Shown here: positions 43,501-57,200 of the stretch, piece after piece
How positions within the stretch are numbered: position 1 is the stretch's first letter
Layout of the letters: the number at the start of each line of letters is the position of its first letter
Source of the DNA: Sphaerodactylus townsendi
Lineage: Eukaryota
Direction: 5' to 3'
DNA length: 64,000 nt
Assembly (NCBI RefSeq): GCF_021028975.2
Contig: NC_059426.1
Span: 140,864,001 to 140,928,000, forward strand
Notes under the pieces: model-generated
The model's database searches: none
What the model was told of the DNA's origin: nothing
The model's input: only the letters and a program-made list of their open reading frames with translations
Position numbers and translations under genes: made by a program

Positions 43501-46500
43501 GGCATACCATAATACAGAAAGTGGGTTTCAAAAGTAGAAGACAGTGCTGTGGAACTCTTGAGTGTTTCATCTACTTCCATGTGATTTAAATTTTCCCATC
43601 TTATCTACAGTGAATCAACTTGTTGTGTGACCTTACAGCCCTCTCTCTCTCTCTCTCTCTCTCAGCCTAATTTACTTCAAGTGTTGTAATGACCAGAGAA
43701 AATGCAGTAGTATTAATGCATGGGTCAAAAGAGAACCTCAGAATTTATATTGTCAATCATTAATAACTTAATTAATCCCCTTTCTTTTCATAGCTCTCGG
43801 GATGCCTCCCTGCCCCTGAAGGATATTCACCAACTCTGAGATGGCAGCAACAACAAGTGTCTCACTTTTCTGCTGTTCGCCAGGTGACTCTCTTTTTCCT
43901 ACTCCAGCCCTGAAGCCATTCTTACTTGGAAGGTGCCTAATCTCATAATACGCATTTTCAAGAGAGTCACTCATTACTTTGTATTGTCGAAGGCTTTCAC
44001 GACCGGAATCACTTGGGTGCTGTGTGGTTTCCGGGCTGTATGGCCGTGTTCTAGCAGCATTCTCTCCTGACGTTTCGCCTGCATCTGTGGCTGGCATCTT
44101 CAGAGGATCCTCTGAAGATGCCAGCCACAGATGCAGGCGAAACGTCAGGAGAGAATGCTGCTAGAACACGGCCATACAGCCCGGAAACCACACAGCACCC
44201 AACTCATTACTTTGTTTATGGAAACAAGGCTTTGGGAACCTTCACTTCTGTTTTTTTCTTGATATTGCAAAACTAATAAAAATCATGATGTTAGGGCTGG
44301 GATCCTGTACATTTTTTTCTGCTTGCACTTCTCTCCATCAGCTGCAGAGCCCACTCCTCTTGTGCTGGACGCATATTGGCTCCTTAAAAGACAGTGTTGC
44401 ATGAGCAGAAGTGTGCTGCGTAACAGCACTGCCTCAGGAGTGACGAAAGAGGTGTACAAGTCAAAAGAAAGTTTAGGAGGTTCATCATTTGATGAAAGCA
44501 TCTTAGTTGGTACATTGAACATGTTGTTGGTGGAATTAGGCGGATTATTATTTTTTTATAAACTTGCACCTGAGTAAAAACAGTTCTGAAGAAAAAGGGA
44601 TCATTTTATTTTTAGGTAATATGTCTATTACAAAGAGTCTGTGAGTGAAAGGGATACCTCTCCTCATGCCATTTGCCACTTGTGTAAATATCAGTATTTT
44701 TAATTGGGTTTTAAATATCTACTTGATTAATTGGGGGCACCTTTAGAATTGGTCAGAAGGCTTTTAATCAGTCAATCTGAATAACCGTACTAAACGCCAA
44801 AACCGTAGAGAAAATTTTCTAGATTTTACTTTTTCAATTTTCCAGAGTGTGAACAAACACAGGGACCACTGGAAGTCCCAGCATTTGGACAGTAACGTTA
44901 CAATGGTGAGTATAATTTGACATTGTAATCTTGATCAACAGATCTCTTGCTCAGGAATAATGCAGAGCAAGCTGTCTTGAGAACTACAGCCCCTTCTGGA
45001 ACATTTCTTTTTTTCTTCTCATTTAGTAATGCTGAGATACTACCACAGTACAGTATCTTATTGTAAACTAAACATACAGGATTAACATTTGTGTGTGAGG
45101 GTATTTCATGTAACCTTGGGGGAGGGGGCCCGCAATATTTTGTTTTATTAAAATAAGAAAAACATCTTGTTTGCTTGCTGCCCTCAGCCCAAATCAGATG
45201 ACGAAGAAGGCTGGAAAAAATTTTGTCTGGGTGAAAAGTTGTATTTAAATACAGGTGTTCAAGTATCCAATGATGAAAATCAAGGAATTGATTATGTACA
45301 GGTGAGTAGCAAGCACAAAAGTTGCTAGCCTGTACATCTACAATTGATTTAGATTTCCTACGAATAATTTTGTATCTTAACGAATTCTGATGATTTCCCC
45401 CTCCCCACCCCCAGGTTGGCTTTCCTCCACTCCTGAGCATTGTTAGCAGAATGAACCAGGTATCTCTGTTACTGTCATTCTTAAGTGGGGTTAGTGGCAA
45501 GGTCTTTGTAGCTCTTCTGCTACTTATGTAGACATCCTTCCATAAGGGTAGTCTGGTGCACATGATAGTGCCACTTAGACATGGAACACGTGAGCACGCA
45601 GGCCTTACTTTCACACAACAGCCTTGTCATCTGCAGGGGCAACTGCTCAGTCTCCTTCTGTCCCAATTAGTGGGGAGTGAGAGTTTGTGCAGGCACTTCA
45701 TTGGTGCCGTTGTCTCTGCAGATGATCAGGCTGTCACATGGAGCCAAGAACGAGGCCCACACGCTCACTGTCTCTCCTCATATGTTTGGTGAATGCAAGC
45801 TAATACTTGCAAAAATTATATATAGTGTCATACAGATAAGCTTGATGAAAATCATAGTGTGATTATAATTTACCCAAAATGATTTTTACATCTGTATGTA
45901 TCTAGGACTATTTGTCCCTTGTAGTTTGATCCTCCAGTTTGTGGGCCAATGGAAAAAATGTTTAGGGTAGACTCTGCCAGCTACTACCTCATAAGATAAC
46001 CAAATATGAAACTGCATTGGAGTCAGTAGCTTTGCATGTGAACCTAAGTAGAGGTTGCTATTTATTTAAATACCTGGTTTCTGGATTACTCCCTAGTGTT
46101 TATGTGAAACATCAGATACAAGTATAGTTCTTATCTGATAATGCAATACAAGGACTATGAGGAAGCGTTCCTATAGAGAACTGTTTTTCATAGCTTCTTC
46201 TTTTCTTCTTAAAAGGCAACAGTAACCAGTGTCTTGGAATATCTGATAAACTGGTTTTCGGAGAAGGAATTTACTTCAGAACTGGTACCTTTTACTTCAT
46301 GTGTTCATGTTGAAAAGCAAACTATCCCACTTGAAGCTTAGCTGAATTAGAAATATTAGAATTAGAAATTAATTAGAAATATTTTAGAAATTAATTATTT
46401 TGGAAATTAATTAGAAATATTTGATCGCTTGCTTTGTTACTACATCCCTACCCCCACTTTTCATCCATCATGAAACAGAAGGAGACACTCATGAGAGTTA

Positions 46501-49500
46501 CAGGCACTGACTAGACCCAGAACTGTTGAGCCTCAGCAAGATTCTTGGACCACAGGCCTTCCAACCATACTATGGAGCCCAGATGCACTTTCAGTCAGTC
46601 AGTAGGCCATTATGCACCAGGTCACTGCTGTGCGGCAAGGGCAAATGTCTGTTGCAGCAAGATTTCTTGTATGGATGTATTTCCCTGAGCCCCACTTTCA
46701 GTTTCCATTCTCCTCACACTAAGTCACACCACTTTCCGCATGACTTTAATTTTCTTCGCTGCCAGAGTGGGGGAGATTTCCCAGCGAGCACAGCATTGCC
46801 TGAACATTTTCCCTAGGCCCAACCCCAGCCCCTCCCACTCCCTCACACACCTCTCCCCTTCCCCCTTTTCAGATTTGCTAATACTTCAGTTTTTGTTATT
46901 TAGTATATTGATATATAGATATATCGATATCAACAGAGAAGCACTGCAAAATTGCTGTTTTTTATTGCATTTTATGTTTGTGTGTGAGGAAGAGAGATAT
47001 CAGTTCTAGGACTTATTTCTCTTCTCCAGCACAGTGTGGTTCAGTGAATTGCCCTGCCTCTTTCTTTTTTTGAGGGGGGCGGGTTACAATATCAATACAA
47101 CTGAAATTACAGGTGTATTGATATAAGTTCAATTTAAAGGGTTTTACCTTTAAGAGGTACCTTTATCTTGCAATTACCGAATGTGATGGGATCTGTGCCT
47201 TTAAGAGGGAGGTAATGGGTGGAGTTAAGAGAACCAGGAAAAGCAGAAGCTGTTAAGACTTCAGCAAGCAGCTGCAGGGCATGGTTCCTTGCATGTAAAC
47301 AGAGAAACACAAGGAGACTACACTACAGCCCCACTGAACTGCTAAGAGCCCCAAGGGAAGAGTTCCATGTATAATGGGCCAGTAGGTCTCTTTTAGTGAA
47401 ATGCCTGCTTAGCAGTTAGTGGAATTATATGGTCTTGCTGACATGCCATTAACCAGCAGTACATTTTTCTGAATCAGTTTTCTGTATTTTAAGTTGATTT
47501 ATCTTTTAAGAAAGCATGGTCCTTCTCTACAGATATGATTACTTGAACTCATAGAAACCTAAGTAGATATTGTTGACTCCAAAAATGAAACGTAAGTTGC
47601 TTAATATAGCAGTCATGAAGAAGGAACCTGTATGCTCCATGTTTGCAGTTAAGAACTTTGTGCACAACCCAGCTTGCCTGAATAGGTGTGCTAAATTAGA
47701 CGTAGTTATTTTTTTGATATTTATACCTAAATAGCAGCTTACAGCTTTGTTCCTCCTTTCCTCAATTTTATCTTCACAATAACTCAGTGAGCCAGGTTAG
47801 GTGCAGGGACTGGCCAAGGGTCACCCAGCAAGCTTCCATGGCAGACTGGAAGTTTGAACCTGGGTCTCTCCCAGATCCTAGTGTGGTACTTTAATTGCTA
47901 CATAAGACCATGCGTATCTACTATTTGGCATGGCCTTAAAAAACAATCATTTTTATTCTGGTGGATTAACTTGTGGGCAAAGTGATGTTATTGGGATTGA
48001 TACGTTTGTGTATATGTTGAAGATAAAATTGCTCTTCCCCACTTTGTTCGGACAAAGTACCAGTAGTGAAACATTACTTTCAGGATGCACCTCCCATTAA
48101 ATTCCTGTAGGGCAGATGGCTTTATGCTCTGCTGGCCTGTCTTGAAAAACCATTGTTACCAGAGGCTCACTCCCTAATTCGGCAACTGGCAAGAAGATGC
48201 TCTGAAGTAAGAGTTTTGGAGGTAAGCTGGCTCAGCAAATCACTGAATAAAATGAATTTAGAAAATACTCTCTAGTATGTAGGTGTCGTTCTACTCGGTT
48301 ATCTCGGTTGTATAAATTTTTGTGTTTTTCATTTACCTTCCTTCTCTAAGTATCTAACCAGAATCATTCTGACTACCCACCTTGGTGTGTGACACTCACA
48401 GAACATTAACTGTATCAGATTAAGTTTTCTGAATATCTGAAACTAGTGTTACTCCATTTTATACATCAGTGAATATAGATAATCAGTTAGGTGGCTTTTG
48501 TTCACTCGCTTATCTTTGGGTTCATGGACATTTGCCAGATTTGTCCAGAATTGTGAATGTTGACATTCTCTAAACTTCAAATATATTCTGCATTAATTCT
48601 GCTTTCCTCTGTCGTAGGAGAACAAGAATGAAAATAGAGTATCAGCTCTGAACCTGTTAATTTGTTTAGTTGGCAGGTATGGAAGATACTGTATCTACTG
48701 GGTTGGCTATTTAAGGAAAGTAGGTGTGCTGTTCAGAGCTGTTGTTTTATCCAATAAACTGCTAGAAACTTGAGTGTTTGTACTCCCAAGGACCACAGTT
48801 GTACCTATGTAGCAGCACTGGCTTGGACCTTTGACTTGACCACTTAGAACAGGGGTCCCCAAACTACGGCCCGGGGGCCAAATGTGGCCCCCTGAAGGCA
48901 TTTATCCGGCCCGCCAGGCATGGCGGCACTGGCTCCATTCATGTGCAGTGGGGGCTCGAGGGAGAGGAGGAACCGGCCCCAACGGGCTGTTGGATTGCAA
49001 AGGTAGCTACATTGATGGCACCCCCCCAAATCTTTTCCATGGAATTTTCTTCTTGACCCAGAGTTGGAAACCTTACATGTGGCAACGCCTGCTCCGCCCT
49101 TCCCTCTCCATGTGTTGCTCTCAGGCTTTCTGTTCCGCCTCACTTCCATTGGCATCAGCCAGGCTGGCGAATCGCTTCATTGCTAAGTTAGAGGAAAGAA
49201 CCCAGGAAGATACCTGATCCCTCCCAAGTTGTTAGATGGAATGCTTCCATTGGGAAAGTTCTTGCTTTTTTTTTTTACTTGCATTGGGAAGGTATTCCAC
49301 AGCCTCCCCAACAATATTTGGAACCCACTCTGTACTTGACATACTTTGGTCACTGTTCTAAAAATAGACCATGACAGAAAGGCTGAAAGGTGAAATCAAA
49401 CATTTTACAATCATTTGTGCATAGGAATTTGTTCATAGCTTTTTTTTAGTCCGGCCCTCCAACAGTCTGAGGGACAGTAACTGGCCCTCTGTTTAAAAAG

Positions 49501-51270
49501 TTTGGGGACCCCTGACTTAGAATCATAGAGTTGGAAGGGATCTTCAGGGTCATCTGATTCAACCCCTGTACAATGCAGGAAATTCACAACTACCTTCTCC
49601 CGCCCCCCCTTCCCAGTGACCCTTGCTCCATGCCCAGATGGCAGAAAACCACCAAGATCTCTGGCCAATCTGACCTGGAGGGAAATTGCTTCCTGACCTC
49701 AAAGTGGTAATTGGCATTATCCTGGGCATGTAGGAAAGGGCAATGAGAGCCAAGCACTGATGCCCTCCCTCAAACAATCTGCCTAAGAATCAGCATCAGA
49801 ATTGCTTTCAGATGGCCATCTAGCCTCTGCTTAAAAACCTTCAAAGGGAGAACTTGGATTTATACCCTGCTGTTCTCAACCATAATGAGTCTCAAAACGG
49901 CTTACAAACTCCTTCCCTTCCTCTCCCCACAGCAAAAGCCTCCCACCTCCCATCATTGTTAATCTGTGATCCAAAGTGACATGGATGATTCTGGGAAGGT
50001 TACTGTAGGCACCATGCACCAATAATCAACAGCAGCAACGACACTTAGGGATCCTTGAGCATTTTTCCTGGTGCATTAGATATAGAGTGTTTTGATCCCT
50101 GAGCAAGAGTGTGCTGTAAATTGGGCAGGACAATCTCACAAAGGAATTTAATTATAGAATTCAACCACTCCTTCACATGCCAGAAATACTTACTCTTATA
50201 TGGCCAAAAGTAGGCCTTTTTGTTGCTTTAATTCTATGCTTAATTGTACCGGGACAGCAGCCATCCCTGGCTCCAAGGTAGGGGCCGCTGCCTGGGACTC
50301 AGGCAAGCCAGTCACCAGCGAGGCCCGCCCACCACCTCCTGAAGGCACTCCCAAAGAAACAGGCTGACCACATCCACCAGTCAAAGCAGGGAGGTGCCCC
50401 CAGGCCAAGCAACCACCTTCTCGCCTCCCCCAGCCGCCAGGAGAGCTGGGGAGCAACTCACCTTCAGCCTCAGTGAGGGGGAATAGGCGGTGGCAGATGC
50501 ATCAGCCAAGCGGACCTTGGGCTGAAGCCGAGCAGGGTGGAAGGCTAGAGGACATCAGACTGTGGAGGACAGAGCAGTGGCCCGACACTGTAGAAGCAGG
50601 TGCCAGGCCGACAGAGGAACTAGGGAGGAGAGACCTGGGCAGATTCAGGCCCCATGATACCAGCCAGAGCAGGGAAGGGGGGTGGAGTCAAGGGAAGGTG
50701 CAGGAGGGGTGGGAGCCAAAAGAGGAATGGAAAAGGCAGGCAATGCTGCTGAGGAAGAGCAGGCTTGGCTCCGCCCCAACACCCTGACTGGTGGGGCAGA
50801 ACAGTATCTATATAAAGGAAGGGAGAACCAAGGCCAAAGAGTAAGTTGGATCCACTCTTCCCAAGGCTGAGAAATTTTGTGGATCATGAAAGAGAGGCAA
50901 CTGGTGAGTCCTCCCTCGCTTTTGAGCCCAACAGTGCGCTGGAGGACTCAACAAAAGAACAGATGAGAGAGGCCGCCCTGATCCTTGGGGCTGCCACATT
51001 AGAATAGCCACCTATTTGCTAGGCTGTATGGCCTTCTGTCTAGTCCTGAGCTTCTCTGGTTGTTGTTATTGAAGACAGTCAAATTTATTGTAATTCTGTC
51101 ACTTGCTTAATACACCATTAGTCTGTTGAAGAAATGTACTTCTTGCATCTCTGACACATTCAAGTCTTATATGTAAGATTTTTTCCTATAACTTCTATTT
51201 TCATGAGTTTTCTCTCCTCCCCGCCACCAGGTACTTTGACCAGTATGACCTAGCTGATGAGCCATCTTGA
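40600..51270 (+). CDS. GEMIN2: Gem-associated protein 2 (SMN complex), 10 coding exons, 264 aa
   Basis: Exons: 40600-40721, 42234-42318, 43794-43883, 44846-44905, 45188-45301, 45415-45459, 46216-46284, 48111-48221, 48618-48676, 51231-51270 (795 nt). Translation [19 protein letters not shown]...[29 protein letters not shown]...[34 protein letters not shown]...[12 protein letters not shown]. All introns GT-AG. An in-frame upstream ATG at 40531 is possible. AATAAA at 51707-51712. Confidence 0.96.
41925..42033. mobile_element. PIF/Harbinger-like hairpin MITE (109 bp)
   Basis: GGCTCATTCCGCATGGGCCAAAAACAG...CTGTTTTTGGCCCATGCGGAATCTGCC, with a 3-bp TSD AAA. Confidence 0.8.
43983..44201. mobile_element. 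Penelope-like element terminal-repeat derivative: perfect palindrome with hammerhead ribozyme motifs
   Basis: 14-bp TSD ACTCATTACTTTGT at 43969-43982 and 44202-44215. Palindrome at 44013-44202. HHR core TCCT-CTGAAGA-TGCC..GGC-GAAA-C-GTC-AGGA at 44108-44150 (+) and 44065-44107 (-). Confidence 0.8.
48850..49514. mobile_element. Non-autonomous hAT-Charlie element, OposCharlie1 (OC1)-like
   Basis: TIRs CAGGGGTCCCCAAACT...AGTTTGGGGACCCCTG. 8-bp TSD ACTTAGAA at 48842-48849 and 49515-49522. The subterminal sequence resembles OC1 derivatives as recalled. Confidence 0.85.
50245..50998. mobile_element. Possible solo LTR
   Basis: GC-rich block bounded by TG...CA with TATATAAA at about 50810. The flanks ttaat/ttaga match only partly. 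Confidence 0.3.
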
Positions 51271-52910
51271 TAAAAGTCTGGAGAGAAAAGAAGCATGGAC
51301 TATCCTAATAGTTTTGATGGAATGCTATGCCAATATAATCAACCAGCTCTTCTGTGACTTAAGGGTGAAGAACTCCAGCTGTGCCCTACCTTTCAACTTG
51401 ACCTTGTTAGATTATATGACAAGTAGTTTAAAATGATTTTTGCAACAGTTGTTGATTTTAGCAACAGACTTAGCTTGAAAGAGGTCAACAACAGAGTGCC
51501 TAAACACTTTCTTGTAGACTCTTTTGCCAGCAAGCAGTTTGTGAGAACTGTATCCAGACTGAAAGCATCTAGGTTAAACTGTGGAAGAAAACTAATGAGC
51601 TTGTTTTTTTTTAAACACAGGTTTTTAAAGAATCAGATCTGTACAGATTCCTCCCCCTCCCCCTATCAGTTAAAGCAAAATTGTATAGGGCCATTTTAAT
51701 ATTTACAATAAAGGGGTTTTTTTAAGTTTCTTGAATTATTATTGGGAGCATTGACACCTGTTAAATCTTTGTACTGGTCCATGCTTTCTAAATAGATATG
51801 GTTCATAACATGAGCTAGTCAACATGCTTGGACTCTAATCAAACAACAGATCTTCCAAAGTTTATGATGTGTACTCAGGTTTGTTTCAAATCAACCAAAC
51901 TTCTAACCCGCCTTCCCTCCCTAACTGATATTGCTGTTATAAAATTAACCACTTTATTCAGTGGATATAATAATACAGAAATATTACTATCAGGTCAACT
52001 CTTACTTAAAAAAATATCCTGAGCCCAGTTATGCTTATCTTAACTCCTTTGCCAATCACTGTTCATAGTTTGCCTTGAGTCCCTGTGCAGAAGGCAGACT
52101 GTAAATAATGTAAACACAATTGAATTACATTTTTAAAAATGAAATAGTGACAGAGAATGCCCAGAGTCACTCTATATCAACTTGATTGTGTTAGAAATTT
52201 CCAGTTGCTTTATTTCTGCTTTTCTAGCCCCGAATCTAGATTACTAATACTTTATTTCTCTCTTTTACTGTCATATTCTATATCATATCTTAAGCCAAAG
52301 GATAATAATAGCTAAAATTCAAGAATTTATCTGCTACAGCAGAGCTAGCAGCCATCTGGCTATATTTGCACTGCGCAATTTGGTAGATTGTGTTCAAAAC
52401 AGCTCTTTGGATTTCCATTCAGTTCACGTACAGAATTTTCTTGTCATCAAGCAGGTCCCATTTGGTTTTGAAGACAGCTCGGCTGTACTTGTGAATATGA
52501 AGGAAGCAGGCAAATCTCTTCACAGAGAAATAAAGCTGTGCCCACAAGATATCGTTCTAGCTAGAAAAAAATGACAAGGCAATGGGTGTGAGCTGAAGCT
52601 AAGCAAAAGCTAGCAATGAAGACTGGTGAGACTGCAGAAAGCTCAGCATTGGAGCCATGATGCAGGAGGGAGCTTTCCTGCCACAGACTGATTTATGCCC
52701 TTTAATGGTCATAGAACTATCAGGAAAGCTGCAGAGTAATTACACCATGAATAGTCTTCAAAATGCAAGTTATAAGAGGAGTGTGTCAACAGGATCAATT
52801 TTTAGGGCAAAGCAGTACTCACACAGCCTCAAGATGGAAGCACTGCATCGGAAAGAGAGAGAAACTGAGACCCAGATGATGGAAATCATCCTAGGTAAAT
52901 AACCTTGAAA

Positions 52911-53199
52911 AGAAGAAGAGTTTGGATTTATACCCAACCTTTCTCTCCTATAGGGAGAGTCAAGGTGGCCTACGAGCTCCTTTTCCTTCCTCTCCCCCCA
53001 ACAGACACCTTGTGAGGTAGGTGGGGCTGAGAGAGTTCCAAAGAACTGTGACTAGCCCAAGGTCACCCAGCAGGAATGTTGGAGTGCGGAAACACATCTG
53101 GTTCGCCAGATAAGCCTCTGCCACTCTGGTGGAGGAATGGAGATTCAAACTCGGTTCTCCAGATTAGAATCCACCTGCTCTCAACCACTTCACAACGCT
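52911..53199 (-). mobile_element. Same SINE family, reverse orientation
   Basis: Starts aagaagaagagtttggatttata, the reverse complement of the SINE tail; the body is homologous. Confidence 0.8.
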
Positions 53200-54270
53200 A
53201 TGCAGCCATAATCTGGTTTGAGAGATCTGTGTAGTCTCCAGCAGCAAAAATAAAGTGGAGAGTGTTGTTGCATCTAGAAATCAACAAAATTTTATTGCAG
53301 CATAGCCTGTCATAGAGTTCACTTCTTCAGATGCATCTGACATGATCTCACATCTATAAAAGATGTTATATTCTATCTTGGAACATCCTATACAACAGAT
53401 GCATAATCTTCTCCCACCCACTGCATAATAAAGAAAAGTATTCACAGACTATTTATGGAGATATTCCGCCCCAGTTCAGATCAGACTAGAAAGTGTATAA
53501 ATTCTTAGTAAAACCTTTCAGTATATACAGGCCTGCTGTCACTTTTTAAGACAAAGTACATTAGTCAGCTTACAACATAAATGGAGGTTGTCCATATACA
53601 AATTGTGCATTGCCAAAGGCAGAGAGGCTACAGTGCCGTTCATCTCTACATAAAAGTCAAATTAAGAATTCTACCTTGACTTCCTACTCAGGAGGTCCTG
53701 GAGTAACTGCAGCTGATGTAAGCAAGAAATACAAATCAGGACCCTCACGGAAGAATTCATTTCAAGGGGAGAATTAAGATGAGAGCCCCCAATCATCTTT
53801 CACCCATCCTGAAAAAGATTGCTGTGGATTGACAAATGTTTCCATTCCAGGAAATCCCATTGTAGTAGATTGCTTACGTTAGCAATAAAATGGAACCCCC
53901 ATCAGCAACTTCATAGCACTTCAAAAGATACTGGTAGTTTGGAGACTTACCCATATACAGGGCAGGTCAGAATAAATTCTGCACACTTGGCCAAAACAAC
54001 AAACGCGAAATTCAAACATTGTATTTAATCAGATATCCCACCATTATTACATACTTACAAACTACATGTTCCTAGAAACATGCAGAAATGGGACATTACT
54101 AAAAATTTACAAGATTAACAGTCATCGGATAACAATCATCAGATAACTTGCATGTTTTAATGACTGGCAAAACATGTTTCACACAGATGGTATCTGCGTT
54201 AAACTGCAATTATGAATAAATAAACAATTTAAAGATATTACAGGGCAGGTGTTTTCTTCAACACATTTTT

Positions 54271-57200
54271 TTAAATCTTCTGTATCATCACCTGAAATTT
54301 ACCTGTCAAAAGAAAAAACGAAAGAATTTATAAAGTATCTACTTTGCTTACCTGAAGCAACTATTTATCAAGTTCAAAAAAAGTTACCTGGGTCTATACT
54401 ATTCTCTTGTACAATACATCCAGCCAAATCTGAGTTGGCTACATCTTTTGCAAGATTTGTAGCGCAACCCTAAACAGAGCTGAGCCCTTCGAAGTCAACT
54501 GAAGTCAATGGTCTTAGAAGGGTATAATTAACTCATAGAGACCACAGATGACGAGGAATTAAAGGCAAGAGATCAGTAGAAGTGGTCTGCCAATGTCTTC
54601 CTCTGGTTACCTTGGCCCGAAAAGTATCTGGCTGTCTTCAATAGAATGCTCTGGTGGAATGTTCTGTCAAACGAGACCAGCGCCGTAAAGGACTTCTTTC
54701 AATTCCGCAGGGCCTGCAAGACAGCTATTCCACCAGGCCTATAGTTGAGGGCAGCAGTGCGGTGTAATAGGCCTACCTTGGCTGGCTTCCTCATTCCCCT
54801 ATCCTTTTTTTTTTTAGTCAAATCAAAGGGGGGCAGTAAGTTGTTCCAACCCTGGTTAAGTTTTTATTGCCATTTGTATGTTGTTTATTAGATGATGTCT
54901 TTATATTACTATTTCATATTGCATGCTATGTAATCTTATTGTACACCTATGTTGTGAGCTGCTCCGAGCCCGCTTCAGTAGGAGAGAGTGGAATATTAAA
55001 TCAAAATAATAATAACAAAACCTGTATTGTCAAAGGCTTTTGCAGCTGGAATCAACTGGCTGTTGTGGATTTTCCAGGCTGCATGGTCATGGTCTAGTAG
55101 TTTCTGCTCCTAACATTTTCCCTGCATCCATGGCAAAAATGGGTGAAAGGAGCAAAAACTATTACACCACAGGCACACAACCTGGAAAACCCACTACAGT
55201 CAATAATAATAATAGCAACCTTAGACTTCATTGGAGTACACTGAAAGTGGATTGAAAGTGCATTATTCTGCAGGTGCAGAAGGGGTCTCAACATACAGAG
55301 AACAGACAAAGAAATCCATGATATCACATGCAAATTGAATTTTAGAAATATCTGGGGACCTCAGCCAAAGCCTAGTCCTTTTAACTAGTCTAAAAAAAAT
55401 AACCTAACTGCCACTTTCCACTCTGGAATTCATCAGTTTATGCACAAAATATGGAAACTGCAGTTCAGAGACATTAAAGAGGCCTTTAAATACAAGCAAA
55501 TTACTTGGGAGAGGAAGGCTTCTTGACATAGATCAGGACCTCAGTATGTCTTAATCCAGCCTTAATTGCTGTTGTGAGTCTTCCTTATAACACTCTTAAC
55601 AGCAACAGTTTTATAGCAGCTGATAATCAACCGCTGGTCTCCCCAGTTCTAAAAAATGCACTGAGTAACAACTTCTTTATACTAAGGCACAGCTATATAA
55701 AAGCTTTTTTTTCCTCAGACCAAAAGGGCACTTACATGCAGGCATTGCTGAAACTTCTGCTGTCACAATACTCTTTATTCCCAAATTTGACAAAGCGCCT
55801 CTGATCAATCCACAAGTAAATGCCAAATACTGAAATGTAATAAATACATAAAGAATGGCTAAACAGGACTACATTTTTGCTTGTTGAGGTAGGACAGGTT
55901 GCTTCTGCCAGCCCAAAAAGTGAAGACTGAATTACATAATAACCTCATTACACATGCAAGAAGCAAAGATAGAAGGCCAATGAGCAGATCTCTTTTATTA
56001 ATACTAGCATGCATACAAAAATATGAACCAAACCACTAATGTATACTGAACAGGAGAAGCTATGTAAAATATACTTCCCCTCCAATATTTATCTGCATAA
56101 TTTGCAATAATCTTTTTCCACATAGCATATATGAAGATACGAAAAACATTCTGAACAACACTGCTAGCTTATTAATGATCAAGGTGAACTTTTGCCCTCT
56201 CCAGTTTTGAGAAGAATTCTCTGCAGGTATTCATTGTCATTCTTAATGGGGGGGGGGGGGTGTCATTCTAATGGAAACCTCTTCAACATCTATACCAGTG
56301 GTGGCGAACCTATGGCACGGGTGCCAGAGGTGGCACTCAGAGCCCTCTCTGTGGGCACGCATGCACAGAGTTCGTCATGTGATAATAGTGTAATTATTTC
56401 AGGGAGATTATTAGCATTAAACCTAAGACCTAGTTTTGGGGAAGCAGTGTAGGTAACCTGGTTAAGCGCTGCTAAACCCTACTGATTTTCATGGGAAGAA
56501 CTAAAGCGTGATCCTTTACCTGGGAGTAAGCTCGATTGCTGGCAATGGGGCTTGCTTCTGAGTAAACCCTCCTAGGGTTGTGATTCACCCATTCGAAGCG
56601 TTGCACAGTTGCTTCAAAGCAAAGCCACCGACTACCACCAAGCTTACTCCCGAGTAATGCGCACCTTGGAGCCAACCGTTTTTCTATACTAAAACCTCAG
56701 TATTCAGGTTAAATTGTCATGTTGGCACTTTGCGATAAATAAGTGGGGTTTGGGTTGCAGTTTGGGCACTCGGTCTTGAAAAGGTTCGCCATCACTGATC
56801 TATACAGATCTTTAGACACCAATGCATGCAAGTCAGTGCAGGTGTTGTGTCCAACACAAGGACAATAAATGTGCAGAAGGGTCAGGGACAGTGTGATCAA
56901 GACCGCCCCCCCCCCGCCCCCCCATGCATAGAAAATATTTTGTTCATAAAGCTTATGTTTCAACTCATTAGGAAGTTTGTATCCACTATTACTAACCTCA
57001 ATAGGCTATGATGCAATACCTACCTTGGGTGCATGTTCCAAATACTGTTTACCAGCAGACATTTGAGTCAGGAGACGGAATTTGTTGTCCTGGAGTACAT
57101 AGATGCCCTACAAAAATGAATAATCATCTCCATTTCAGACAGAAGACATGACTACTCACAGAAGAATGATACGCTAACATGCCAATCCAGCTACAAATCA

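Noticed and set aside
44898-45614. 238-aa minus-strand ORF
   Set aside because: It is antisense to GEMIN2 exons 4-6 and their introns, with no homology recognised.
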